DNA of 64,000 nt, from NCBI GenBank assembly GCA_038207335.1, contig JBBQZX010000007.1, positions 128,001 to 192,000 of the forward strand, read 5' to 3'. Both the position numbers and the translations under genes were made by a program. Position 1 is the first letter of the stretch; every line of letters begins with the position of its first letter. Below are positions 1-8,932 of this stretch, in pieces. The notes under the pieces are model-generated. The model did no database searches. It was given only the letters and a program-made list of their open reading frames with translations, and was not told the DNA's origin. Source of the DNA: Chthoniobacterales bacterium. GTDB lineage: Bacteria; Verrucomicrobiota; Verrucomicrobiia; Chthoniobacterales; Chthoniobacteraceae.

Positions 1-442
1 CGGAACCTCAAACGCGTCTTCATTGCCGGTGCGTTTGCACCTTCCCCTGCGGACGCACGTTTTTTCAGATCGCGCGACTCTGCGCTTTTCTCGGGGCCGC
101 GTTGCGGATGCTCATCGCGGAATCCGAAAACTCCGCGCCGGGGCCGGGCGTGCTTTGCAATGAGTGACTCCACGGCTACTGCGGGCTCTCTGCGGACACC
201 GATTTTGAGTGCTCGCGCTCCAGCGAAGCGCTCCGGGCACTGTGGCACCGCCTTCCGCTGCCATTTTTTCCAACGACCGCCATTCCGACGGCGTTTTCTT
301 TTGTAAGGATCGCCGCGCGGAGCATCATTCCGGGGCGCTGTCCCGACGTGAGGGCACGAGGAGATTCAAACATCTCGGCGTCCGGTGGGTTCACTCGGAT
401 GGTCCCTTGGGGCGAATCCCCGTGCCGAATACTCCCCCCGCC

Positions 443-1942
443 ATGATCCGATTCGCCCTCGCCCTTCTCGCCTGTTCCCTGCCGCTTGCGACGGGGGCGG
501 AAATCAAAATGGGTTTCGCGGAGCGGGACATCACGCCGGAGGTCGGGATGGAAGTCCCGGGCGGCTATGGCAAGGCGCTCTCGAAGAAAATCCACGACCC
601 ATGCAAGGCGCGCTCGTGTGTCTTCGACGACGGCCAGCGCCGCGTGGCACTCGTGGGGCTCGACGCGCTGGTGGTCCCGCGCGGGCTCGTGCTCGAGGCG
701 CGCGCGCTCATTCAAAAGCGCTGTGGGATCGCGCCGGATGGCGTGCTCATCAGCGCCTCGCATTCGCACTCCTCCGGGCCGATCGGCATGGTGCTGCCGG
801 GCGAATACGATCATGCGTCCGCGCTCGTGCAGGATCTCGCCTACCGGAAATCCTCGGCGGCCGATCCTGGCTATCTCGTAAAGGTGCGCGACGCGATCGT
901 GGATGCCGTGGTCGCGGCAAACGATGCGCGCGCCGCGGGGACGGTCGGCTTCGGCTCGGGCTGGGAGGAGACCGTGGCCTTCAACCGGCGCATCCGCATG
1001 AAGAGCGGGCTCGCCGCTTCGCACCCCGGCAAGGGGAACCCGGAGAACGTGGCCTTTGCCGGCCCCGTCGATCCCGAGGTCGGCGTGGTCGGCTGCTGGA
1101 ATCCCGAGGGGAAATTGATCGGCTGCGTGGTGAACTTTTCCTGCCACGCCACAGCGAACGGCCCGTGGATTTCGGCGAACTGGATCTACTACATGGAGCG
1201 CGCCATCCAAGGGTTTTATCCCGAGGCGAAGGTCGTCTTTCTCCAGGGCGCATGCGGCGACGTGACGCAGGTGAACAATCTCGACCCGCACGCGAATCCC
1301 GAGGGCGACGCGTGGTCGCAATTCGTCGGCGGCCGGGTCGGCGCGGAGGCGGTGAAGGTGCTGGTCGGCCTCTCGGAGAAGCGCGTGGCCGAGGTGCCGG
1401 TCGATTTTCGCAACAAGGTGTGGAGCATCCCGCGGCGCGTGCCCGCGCCGGAGCGGGTGCAGGCGGCACTCGAGCTCGTGCAGCAGGACCCGAAGACGGC
1501 CGGTCCCGATTGGGTGTGGGCAAAGGAAACGGTGATGCTCGACGCGCTCATCGCGCAGACGCCGAGGGTGGAAGTCGAAAGCCAGGTCATCCAGATCGGA
1601 CCGCTGGTGTGCATCTCCAGTCCGGCGGAATACTTTTGCCAGTATGGGCTCGATTGGAAAAATGGCAGCGGCTTTCCGATGACGTTTCCCGTCGAGCTTT
1701 CCAACGGCAGCGCGGGTTACGTGCCCACGCTCGAAGCGATGAGCCCCACGACCGGCGGCGGCTACGAAACGCGGCTGACCAGCTACAGCAATCTCGAGCC
1801 GACAGCCGGGGATCAGATTCGCGATGCCGGTCTGGTACTCGCGAAGCAGCTCACGCCCGGAAAGCTGCCCGAGATTCCGCTCGCACCGCCGTTCCAGGGC
1901 GCGGGCTGGCTCTACGGAAATCAGCCGCCGCAGTTGAAATGA
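443..1942 (+). CDS. Secreted neutral/alkaline ceramidase-like hydrolase (PVC-type)
   Basis: Signal peptide MIRFALALLACSLPLATGA; motifs DITP, HDP, SASHSHSGP, NFSCHA, FLQGACGDV, ELSNG..GYVPT and GGGYE typical of this family. ATG 443 is in frame with ORF 209..1942. Confidence 0.75.
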   Translation: MIRFALALLACSLPLATGAEIKMGFAERDITPEVGMEVPGGYGKALSKKIHDPCKARSCVFDDGQRRVALVGLDALVVPRGLVLEARALIQKRCGIAPDGVLISASHSHSSGPIGMVLPGEYDHASALVQDLAYRKSSAADPGYLVKVRDAIVDAVVAANDARAAGTVGFGSGWEETVAFNRRIRMKSGLAASHPGKGNPENVAFAGPVDPEVGVVGCWNPEGKLIGCVVNFSCHATANGPWISANWIYYMERAIQGFYPEAKVVFLQGACGDVTQVNNLDPHANPEGDAWSQFVGGRVGAEAVKVLVGLSEKRVAEVPVDFRNKVWSIPRRVPAPERVQAALELVQQDPKTAGPDWVWAKETVMLDALIAQTPRVEVESQVIQIGPLVCISSPAEYFCQYGLDWKNGSGFPMTFPVELSNGSAGYVPTLEAMSPTTGGGYETRLTSYSNLEPTAGDQIRDAGLVLAKQLTPGKLPEIPLAPPFQGAGWLYGNQPPQLK

Positions 1943-4692
1943 CGAAGCCCGAGATCCGCATGAGTCGCCCGCGCCGCCACTGCTCATTCGTCATCGGGGT
2001 TTCGTTCATCCTTCTTCGCTCGTCATTCGCCCAGCTCACGCCCGAGCAGGAACTCGCGACTTTCCAAACCGACCGAGCGCTCCGCATCTCACTCGTCGCC
2101 GCGGAGCCGCTCGTCGCCTCGCCGTGCGCGCTCGCGTTTGATGAAAAGGGCCGCCTCTTCGTCGCGGAAAACCGCGGTTACCCGAGCACCGCCGAGCCTC
2201 CGCAGGGGGTCGTGGCATTGCTCGAAGACACCGATGGCGACGGACGCATGGACAAACGCACCGTCTTCGCCGACGGCCTTACTTTCCCGAATGGCGTGCT
2301 ACCGTGGAAGGATGGCGTGATCGTGACATGCGCGCCGGACGTGCTTTTTCTACGCGACACCGACGGCGACGGCCGCGCCGACGAACGCCGCGTGCTGCTA
2401 ACCGGATTCGCCACGACCGGCAGCACCCAGCTCCGCGTGAACGCGCCCACCGTTGGCCCGGATGGCTGGATCTATCTCGCCGCGGGCCTGAGCGGCGGCA
2501 CGATCACGTGCCCCGAGCATCCGGAGCGGCACGCGCTGAAGATGACCGCCGACGTGCGCTTTCACCCCGATACGCTCGTGGTGGAAAACGTGGACGGCCG
2601 CTCGCAGTTCGGAATGTCGTTCGACGAATTCGGGCGCCGCTTCATCTGCATGAATCGCGTGCCCGTGCAGCACGTCGTCCTCTCCTCGAAATGGCTCGCG
2701 CGCAATCCGCGCCTCGCCTTCAGCGACACCGTGCAGGATTGCTCCGAGCGCAGCGTGCGCACCGGACTCAAGGGCGGTGGCGATGGCGTGCGTCTCTTCC
2801 CGATCAGCGCGAATCTCACCACCGCAGACTCGCACGCCGGGACGTTCAGCGCGGCCTGCGGCATCCACATTTTGCAGGGCGAATCGCTCGGGCTCGACTT
2901 CCGCGATTGCGCGTTCTCGTGCGACCCGACCGGCAACCTCGTGCATGTGGACAAGCTGACCGCGGACAGCGCGACGTTCACCGCGAAGCCGTTGCTCGCC
3001 GATCACGAGTTGCTGGCATCGCGCGACGACTGGTTTCGCCCGGTCTTCCTCGCGCCCGGACCCGACGGCGGGCTCTACATCGCCGACATGTATCGGAAGG
3101 TGATCGAGCACCCCGACTATCTTCCCGAGGCGGTCCGCGGGCGGACGGACTTCGACGCCGGGAAAGAGCAGGGCCGCATCTGGCGGGTGACACTGAAGAC
3201 GCCTCTGAAGATTCCGATCGTCCGTGAGCTCGCCGGAGCGACCATGCCGGAGCTGGTGAAGGCGATGGACAGTCAGACCGGCTGGGCGAAGGCAACGACG
3301 GTGCGCCTGCTGCTGGAGCGACGCGAAGCGGGCACGGCGGAAGCGCTGGTCGCAGCGCTCACCGCTCCCGCCACGAGTGCCACGCAGTATCGCCGGGCAC
3401 GCCTGCTCGGCGCGCTCGGTGCGGTGGATGACGCGCGACTGGCAGCTCTGCTGCAGGCGGGAGATGTCGGCATCAAGCGGGCGGGCTTGGAATTGGCGGT
3501 CGGGAATGTTCCGGCCGGATCTGCCGCGCGCGCCGCGCTCGTGCAACTCGACGAGCGGGTCGATGACCTCTGGTTCCTGCAGTTGATCGCGCTCGGCGGG
3601 GTGGACGACTGGCGGGCTTTTGCGAGATTCGCGGAGTGGAGCAAAATCCGGAGCGAAGACCGCTGGGTGCGCGCGGCTGTGCTGAGCGGCATTGGCGATC
3701 GGGACGAGGAGTTTCTAGGCGCACTAAAAACACAGTCGGACTTTGCGGTGGTGGCACGGCTTTTCGCGGAACTCCGCGGCTTGGACGACACATCGCTCGC
3801 CCGTGAAATCTTCGAGCGGGCGGCGACCGAGATCGCGTGGCAGAGCCATTCGACGGACAATCGCCAGGTCTTCGCACGCCTGCTCGGACGCAGCACCTGG
3901 GCCGCGGCGGGCAGCGCACTCACCGCGGCATTCGCGGCGGAATCCGACGATCATGCGCGCGCCGTCGTCGCCGCGAATCTCGTCGCGCTCGACGCCCGGC
4001 GGGCCGCCAGCGTGCTCCTCGCACCCCGCGCATGGGCCGGCTACGCGCCGGGCCTCCGCGAGGCGATTCTCAACGCGCTTCTTGCCCGGCGCGGGCAGCT
4101 CGACGCCGTCGTCGCCGCGCTGGAATCCGGCGCGCTGCCGGTTTCCGCACTCTCTTCCCAGCGTCGCGAACTCCTCACGAAGCACGCCGATGCCGGCATC
4201 CGCGAAAGGGCAGCTAAGCTCGTCGGCGTCGTAGAAACGGACCGCACCGCCGCTGCTGCACACGCGAATGCGGCGCTGCTTCTTGAGGCGAACGCCGGGC
4301 ATGGACGCGCGGTTTTCAAGCAGCTCTGCGCATCCTGCCACCGGCTCGAACGCGAGGGCGTCGCAGTGGGGCCGGACCTGTTGGACATCCGCAATCAGCC
4401 AAAGGAAAACATCGTCTTCCACATCGTCGCGCCCGACGCGGAGATCGCGCCGGCCTTTGCCGCATACGCGTGCGAGACGAAGGACGGGCGCAGCTTTGCG
4501 GGCATCCTCACCTCCGAGACGGCGTCAAGCGTGACGCTCCGGCAGCCGGGCGGGCTCGATGAGACGGTGCTTCGCGCTGACATCAGATCACTGACGGCGC
4601 TGCCGGGTTCGCTAATGCCGGCGGGCCTCACGGATGCTCTGATGCCGCAGGACCTTGCCGATCTGCTCGCTTTCCTCAAAGGCGAAAAGTAG
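1939..4692 (+). CDS. PVC-type membrane-bound dehydrogenase-like protein with C-terminal c-type heme (CxxCH) domain
   Basis: AAEPLVASP, LEDTDGDGRMD repeats, WFRPV, GPDGGLYIADMYR..IEHP, a HEAT-like helical middle, CASCH heme motif, VGPDL and SLMP. Start overlaps the upstream stop (ATGA). Confidence 0.88.
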   Translation: MTKPEIRMSRPRRHCSFVIGVSFILLRSSFAQLTPEQELATFQTDRALRISLVAAEPLVASPCALAFDEKGRLFVAENRGYPSTAEPPQGVVALLEDTDGDGRMDKRTVFADGLTFPNGVLPWKDGVIVTCAPDVLFLRDTDGDGRADERRVLLTGFATTGSTQLRVNAPTVGPDGWIYLAAGLSGGTITCPEHPERHALKMTADVRFHPDTLVVENVDGRSQFGMSFDEFGRRFICMNRVPVQHVVLSSKWLARNPRLAFSDTVQDCSERSVRTGLKGGGDGVRLFPISANLTTADSHAGTFSAACGIHILQGESLGLDFRDCAFSCDPTGNLVHVDKLTADSATFTAKPLLADHELLASRDDWFRPVFLAPGPDGGLYIADMYRKVIEHPDYLPEAVRGRTDFDAGKEQGRIWRVTLKTPLKIPIVRELAGATMPELVKAMDSQTGWAKATTVRLLLERREAGTAEALVAALTAPATSATQYRRARLLGALGAVDDARLAALLQAGDVGIKRAGLELAVGNVPAGSAARAALVQLDERVDDLWFLQLIALGGVDDWRAFARFAEWSKIRSEDRWVRAAVLSGIGDRDEEFLGALKTQSDFAVVARLFAELRGLDDTSLAREIFERAATEIAWQSHSTDNRQVFARLLGRSTWAAAGSALTAAFAAESDDHARAVVAANLVALDARRAASVLLAPRAWAGYAPGLREAILNALLARRGQLDAVVAALESGALPVSALSSQRRELLTKHADAGIRERAAKLVGVVETDRTAAAAHANAALLLEANAGHGRAVFKQLCASCHRLEREGVAVGPDLLDIRNQPKENIVFHIVAPDAEIAPAFAAYACETKDGRSFAGILTSETASSVTLRQPGGLDETVLRADIRSLTALPGSLMPAGLTDALMPQDLADLLAFLKGEK

Positions 4693-4723
4693 GACCGGCA
4701 TCTCCACTCGTTTCATTCCCTCC

Positions 4724-5770
4724 ATGTCTAAAAAATACAACGTCGCCGTCATCGGTTATGGTTGGGCCGCCACGGCTCACATCGCCGCGATCAATGCCAC
4801 TGCGAGCGCGCAGGTCACCGCCGTCTGGTCCTCGCGGGCTCTCAATTCTGCGGAGCTGAGCGCGCGGCACGGCTCGCCGATTCGCGCCTTCACGGACCTC
4901 GCCGCGATGCTCGCCGATCCGGCGATTCATGTCGTGGATATCACGAGCTTTCCCGATCAGCACGCCGCGCAATTCATCGCTGCGGCGCGCGCCGGAAAAC
5001 ACATCATCGTCGAGAAGCCGCTCGCGATTTCGTGGGACGAGATTTTGCAAATGAAACGTGCGGCGGAGGAAAGCGGCGCGCGTGTCTGCGTCTGTTTCGA
5101 GTGCCGGTGGTCGTCGCAATTCCTCGCGACGAAAAGCGTGCTCGATCAAGGCTTGGTTGGCGCGCTGCATTACGGCGAGGTCGATTATTTCCACGGCATC
5201 GGCCCGTGGTACGGGCAGTATCGCTGGAACACGAAAAAGGCGCTCGGCGGCAGCGCGCTGCTCACCGCCGGCTGCCACGCGCTCGATGCGCTGCTGCTCT
5301 GCATGGGCGGCGCGGTCGAGGAGGTCACGAGCTTCACCACGCAGAGCGCGCACCCGATTTTCGCCGCCTACGAATATCCGACGACCTCCACGACGCTGCT
5401 CCGCTTCGACGGCGGCGCGGTGGGAAAATGCGCGGCGGTGGTGGATTGCTTTCAGCCGTATTATTTCCACACGCACCTCGTCGGCAGCGAAGGCTCGATC
5501 CTCGACGACAAATTCCAGTCGATGAAAATCGGCGGCCTGAACAAAGCCGCGTGGAGCCGTCTCTCGATGAAGATGCTCGATAGCGGCGACGTGAGCGATC
5601 ACCCGTATCAGACGCAGTTTGAGGCGTTCTTCGCGGCGCTGGAGGCAGGTGAAAATATGCCGCTCACGAGTTTCGCGGACGCTTTCCAAACGCATCGCGT
5701 GATCGCCGCCGCGGACAAATCCGCGGCCGAAAGGCGCGCGGTGAAGCTCGACGAAATCCTCCCCGTATAG
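4724..5770 (+). CDS. Gfo/Idh/MocA family oxidoreductase
   Basis: VAVIGYGWAA Rossmann motif, GKHIIVEKP, GGSALLTAGCHALD. Confidence 0.9.
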   Translation: MSKKYNVAVIGYGWAATAHIAAINATASAQVTAVWSSRALNSAELSARHGSPIRAFTDLAAMLADPAIHVVDITSFPDQHAAQFIAAARAGKHIIVEKPLAISWDEILQMKRAAEESGARVCVCFECRWSSQFLATKSVLDQGLVGALHYGEVDYFHGIGPWYGQYRWNTKKALGGSALLTAGCHALDALLLCMGGAVEEVTSFTTQSAHPIFAAYEYPTTSTTLLRFDGGAVGKCAAVVDCFQPYYFHTHLVGSEGSILDDKFQSMKIGGLNKAAWSRLSMKMLDSGDVSDHPYQTQFEAFFAALEAGENMPLTSFADAFQTHRVIAAADKSAAERRAVKLDEILPV

Positions 5771-5775
5771 GCGCC

Positions 5776-6549
5776 ATGCCCGTCGCTCTCGCCATCGCCG
5801 CGCATCCCGACGACATCGAGTTTGCCATGGCGGGCACGCTGCTTTTGCTGCGCGGGGCGGGCTGGGAAATTCACTGCTTTAATCTTTCGACCGGCAACAT
5901 GGGCAGCACCGCGATGTCCGCCGCGCAGACCGCGCGCGTTCGGCGACGCGAGGCGCAGGCGGCGGCGAAAATGCTCGGCGCGAAATGGCACGCGCCCATC
6001 GCGAATGACCTCACGATTTTCTACACCGACGAAAACATCCGCCGAGTCTGCGCCGTCGTGCGCGCGGCACGTCCCGCGATCGTGCTCACGCACGCGCTCG
6101 CCGATTACATGGAGGATCACATGATCGCCGCGCGGCTCGCCGTCACGGCCACGTTTGCGCGAGGCATTCCGAATTATCGTTCGCTCCCGTCGCGAGCCGC
6201 GGTGCTCGATCCCGTCACGCTTTACCACGCGATGCCGCACGGCCAGCGCACGCCGCTGCGCGAGCCCGTGCGCCCGGAACTGCTCGTCGAGACGACTTCC
6301 GTCCACGCCACGAAACGCGACGCGCTCGCCCGCCACGCCTCGCAGCGCGCGTGGCTCGATGCCTCGCAGGGGCAGGACGATTACCTCGTCACGATGGACG
6401 GCTTTTCGCTCGCGCTCGGCAAAATGTCGCGCGGCTTTCAGCACGCTGAAGGCTGGACACGCCACCTGCACTACGGCTTCGGCGCGGAGTCCGACGACCC
6501 GCTGCGCGATGCGCTCGGGAGAAAATGCCGCCGCCTCGCGCCGCGCTGA
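5776..6549 (+). CDS. PIG-L/LmbE family deacetylase
   Basis: [10 protein letters not shown] zinc motif, RRREA, DYMEDH, HASQ. Confidence 0.9.
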   Translation: MPVALAIAAHPDDIEFAMAGTLLLLRGAGWEIHCFNLSTGNMGSTAMSAAQTARVRRREAQAAAKMLGAKWHAPIANDLTIFYTDENIRRVCAVVRAARPAIVLTHALADYMEDHMIAARLAVTATFARGIPNYRSLPSRAAVLDPVTLYHAMPHGQRTPLREPVRPELLVETTSVHATKRDALARHASQRAWLDASQGQDDYLVTMDGFSLALGKMSRGFQHAEGWTRHLHYGFGAESDDPLRDALGRKCRRLAPR

Positions 6550-6560
6550 ATTTTCCAATA

Positions 6561-7493
6561 ATGAACTACACGACCAGCGCCATCTCCGCCGATTGGTGGG
6601 ACTTCACTTGCATCGAAAAGGCGATCGTCGCCGATGCTGCGCGCCTCACGCCGCGCGATCTCGCGCAGCTTTCGCGGCCCGGATTTCGCGTGGCGATGCA
6701 CGACACGCTCGAGGATTTCTACCTCGCCGAAGCGCTCGAATACGTGACCGCGTGGAAGCAAAGCACCGCCGACAATCCTGTGGGAATCTGTGGCCCCATC
6801 GGCCCGACCAAGCAGCTTCCGCTCGTCGCGCGGCTCGTGAATGAACTCGGCATCGACGTGCGCGACGGGCACTTCTGGGGCATGGATGAGTGGCTCCTGG
6901 ATGGCGCAGAGACGCCCGTCACGCATCCGCTGAGTTTTGAAAAAGCCGACCGCGAGCTGTGCTTCGACCGCATCGGGCAAGCGCTGCGGATGCCCGATGC
7001 GAATCTCCATTTTCCAAAAGCCGACACGCGCGCCTACCGCGCGAGCTGGGACGCCGGCGTGCGCTGCGCGGTGATGCAGGGCGGGCAGGGCGATGTGAAA
7101 CATTGGGCCTTCAACGATCCGCTCCCGCGCCGCGACGACTTCGCGAGCCGACCGCCGACGCCTGCGGAATATCGCGCGCTGGCGACGCGCGTCGTCGAGC
7201 TGCATCCGCTCACGATCGCGCAAAATGCGCGGACGAGCGGCGGCGGAAATATTTCCATCGTGCCGGTGCAGGCGATCACCGTCGGGCCAGTCGAGACGTG
7301 GAAGGCGGAGAAAGTCTCCATCTGGCAGGCCGGCGTGCATGACAATCCGTTCGGCCAGCGGCTCACCGCGTTCATGATTTCCAAAGGTCTCGCCGATGCG
7401 TGCGTGCCGATGTCGCTGCTCGCGGAGCATCCGAATGTGGAGTTCCACTACTTCCGCGGCGGCCTCGGAACCTGCGCCATCGAGATGCACTGA
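6561..7493 (+). CDS. Glucosamine-6-phosphate deaminase/isomerase (NagB-like, divergent)
   Basis: [38 protein letters not shown] and CVPMSLL correspond to NagB-fold motifs. Confidence 0.75.
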   Translation: MNYTTSAISADWWDFTCIEKAIVADAARLTPRDLAQLSRPGFRVAMHDTLEDFYLAEALEYVTAWKQSTADNPVGICGPIGPTKQLPLVARLVNELGIDVRDGHFWGMDEWLLDGAETPVTHPLSFEKADRELCFDRIGQALRMPDANLHFPKADTRAYRASWDAGVRCAVMQGGQGDVKHWAFNDPLPRRDDFASRPPTPAEYRALATRVVELHPLTIAQNARTSGGGNISIVPVQAITVGPVETWKAEKVSIWQAGVHDNPFGQRLTAFMISKGLADACVPMSLLAEHPNVEFHYFRGGLGTCAIEMH

Positions 7494-7508
7494 CGCCTTC
7501 TTTTTTCC

Positions 7509-8825
7509 ATGCAAACCAAACGCACATTCATCAAGACCGCCGTCGCCGCCGCACTCGGCTTTCCCGCGATCCTGCGCGGGCAAAATCTCAACTCCCGGCT
7601 CCATGTCGCCGTCGTCGGCGCGAATGGCCAGGGCTTCTACGACCTCAGCCAAATCGGCTCCCATCCGCGCGTCGAATTCGTGGGTTTCTGCGATGTGGAT
7701 ACGTCGCGGCTCGGCAAGGCGAACGAACGGTTTCCCGGCGTCGCGCAGTTCCAGGATTTTCGCGCAATGTTCACGAAGCTCGGCGACGGCTTCGACGCCT
7801 TGCAGGTCTCCACACCCGACCACACCCATGCCGTGATCGCCCTCGATGCCATGCGCCGCGGCAAGCACGTCTATTGCCAAAAGCCACTCACCCACACGGT
7901 CTGGGAAGCCCGGCAGATGCGCGTCCAGGCGGCGAAGTCACGGGTCGTCACGCAGATGGGCAACCAGATTCATTCGCACGAGACCTACCGCACCGCCGTG
8001 CAGCTCCTCCGCGACGGCGTCATCGGGAAAATCACCGCCGTCCATTCTTGGCAGGCAAACCACGGAAACGGCTACACGAAGCTCACCGCTCCGCCTCCCG
8101 GCGGCCCCATCCCGGCGACGCTCCAGTGGGATTGGTGGCTCGGTGGCGCACCGCAGCGCGAGTATGCGCCGGAGGTCTATCACCCCTTCAACTGGCGCGA
8201 CTGGCAGGACTTCGGCAGCGGCACGCTCGGCGATTTCGGATGCCACATCCTCGACCCCGTTTTCACCGCGCTCGCCCTCACCGCGCCGCTTTCGATCCGA
8301 GCCGAAAACGACGGCCTCAACCCGCAGACGTGGCCCTCCGCCGAGACCATCGCTTACCTTTTCCCCGGCACCGAATGGACTGCCGCCAAGACCCTCCCGC
8401 TCACCTGGCACGACGGTGGCCGGCAGCCCGCGCTGGAACTCTCGCAAATGCCCGCCGGAACTGAACTGCCAAAGTCCGGCTCACTTTTTCTCGGAGAAAA
8501 TGGCACGCTCGTCCTGCCGCACTTCGCGATGCCGCAGCTGTATCCGGTGGAGAAATTCGCGACTTTCGAGATCAAGAAAGCGCTCGCTGCGAACCACTAC
8601 CACGACTGGGTCGATGCCGCGCTTGGCGGAGCCGCCACGACAGATGGCTTCGACTACGCCGGCCCGCTGACCGAGACCGTGCAGCTCGGAAATGTGGCCA
8701 CCCGATTCCCCGGCGTGGAGCTGGCTTGGGATGCCGCAGCCATTCGCTTCCCCGGCCATCCCGAAGCCGAAGCGCTGCTCACCACGCGCTATCGCGACGG
8801 CTGGCAAATCGAGCCCGTCGCATGA
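7509..8825 (+). CDS. Gfo/Idh/MocA family oxidoreductase with Tat-like leader
   Basis: Leader TKRTFIK; VAVVGANGQG, STPDHTHA, GKHVYCQKPL, QMGNQ, LGDFGCHILD. Confidence 0.9.
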   Translation: MQTKRTFIKTAVAAALGFPAILRGQNLNSRLHVAVVGANGQGFYDLSQIGSHPRVEFVGFCDVDTSRLGKANERFPGVAQFQDFRAMFTKLGDGFDALQVSTPDHTHAVIALDAMRRGKHVYCQKPLTHTVWEARQMRVQAAKSRVVTQMGNQIHSHETYRTAVQLLRDGVIGKITAVHSWQANHGNGYTKLTAPPPGGPIPATLQWDWWLGGAPQREYAPEVYHPFNWRDWQDFGSGTLGDFGCHILDPVFTALALTAPLSIRAENDGLNPQTWPSAETIAYLFPGTEWTAAKTLPLTWHDGGRQPALELSQMPAGTELPKSGSLFLGENGTLVLPHFAMPQLYPVEKFATFEIKKALAANHYHDWVDAALGGAATTDGFDYAGPLTETVQLGNVATRFPGVELAWDAAAIRFPGHPEAEALLTTRYRDGWQIEPVA

Positions 8826-8894
8826 ACCCACACTCCGGGACCTAGTGATATTCTAACTCAACCCGTCCTCACCAGGCCATAAGCGGGGAATCTG

Positions 8895-8923
8895 TTGCTC
8901 GGCTGGGGGCTATATCCTATCAT
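8895..8923 (+). promoter_or_regulatory. Putative sigma70-type promoter (TTGCTC-N17-TATCAT)
   Basis: -35 at 8895-8900, 17-nt spacer, -10 at 8918-8923, ending 9 nt before ATG 8933. Confidence 0.5.
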
Positions 8924-8932
8924 GCGCGGCTT

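Noticed and set aside
1..440. Possible riboswitch/ncRNA, or a gene start on the minus strand (ATG at 23, MKTRLRF; small GGTGC/GCACC hairpin)
   Set aside because: No recognisable RNA family motif, and only seven codons lie inside the window.
385..1938. N-terminal 518 aa of the 1435-aa ORF, suggesting a giant fusion protein
   Set aside because: It overlaps the real ceramidase-like gene in another frame; the credible start is ATG 1939.
176..1987. 603-aa minus-strand ORF and the many other long overlapping ORFs in the track
   Set aside because: Antisense or alternate-frame shadows of well-supported genes, expected in high-GC DNA; Arg/Ala/Pro-rich with no motifs.
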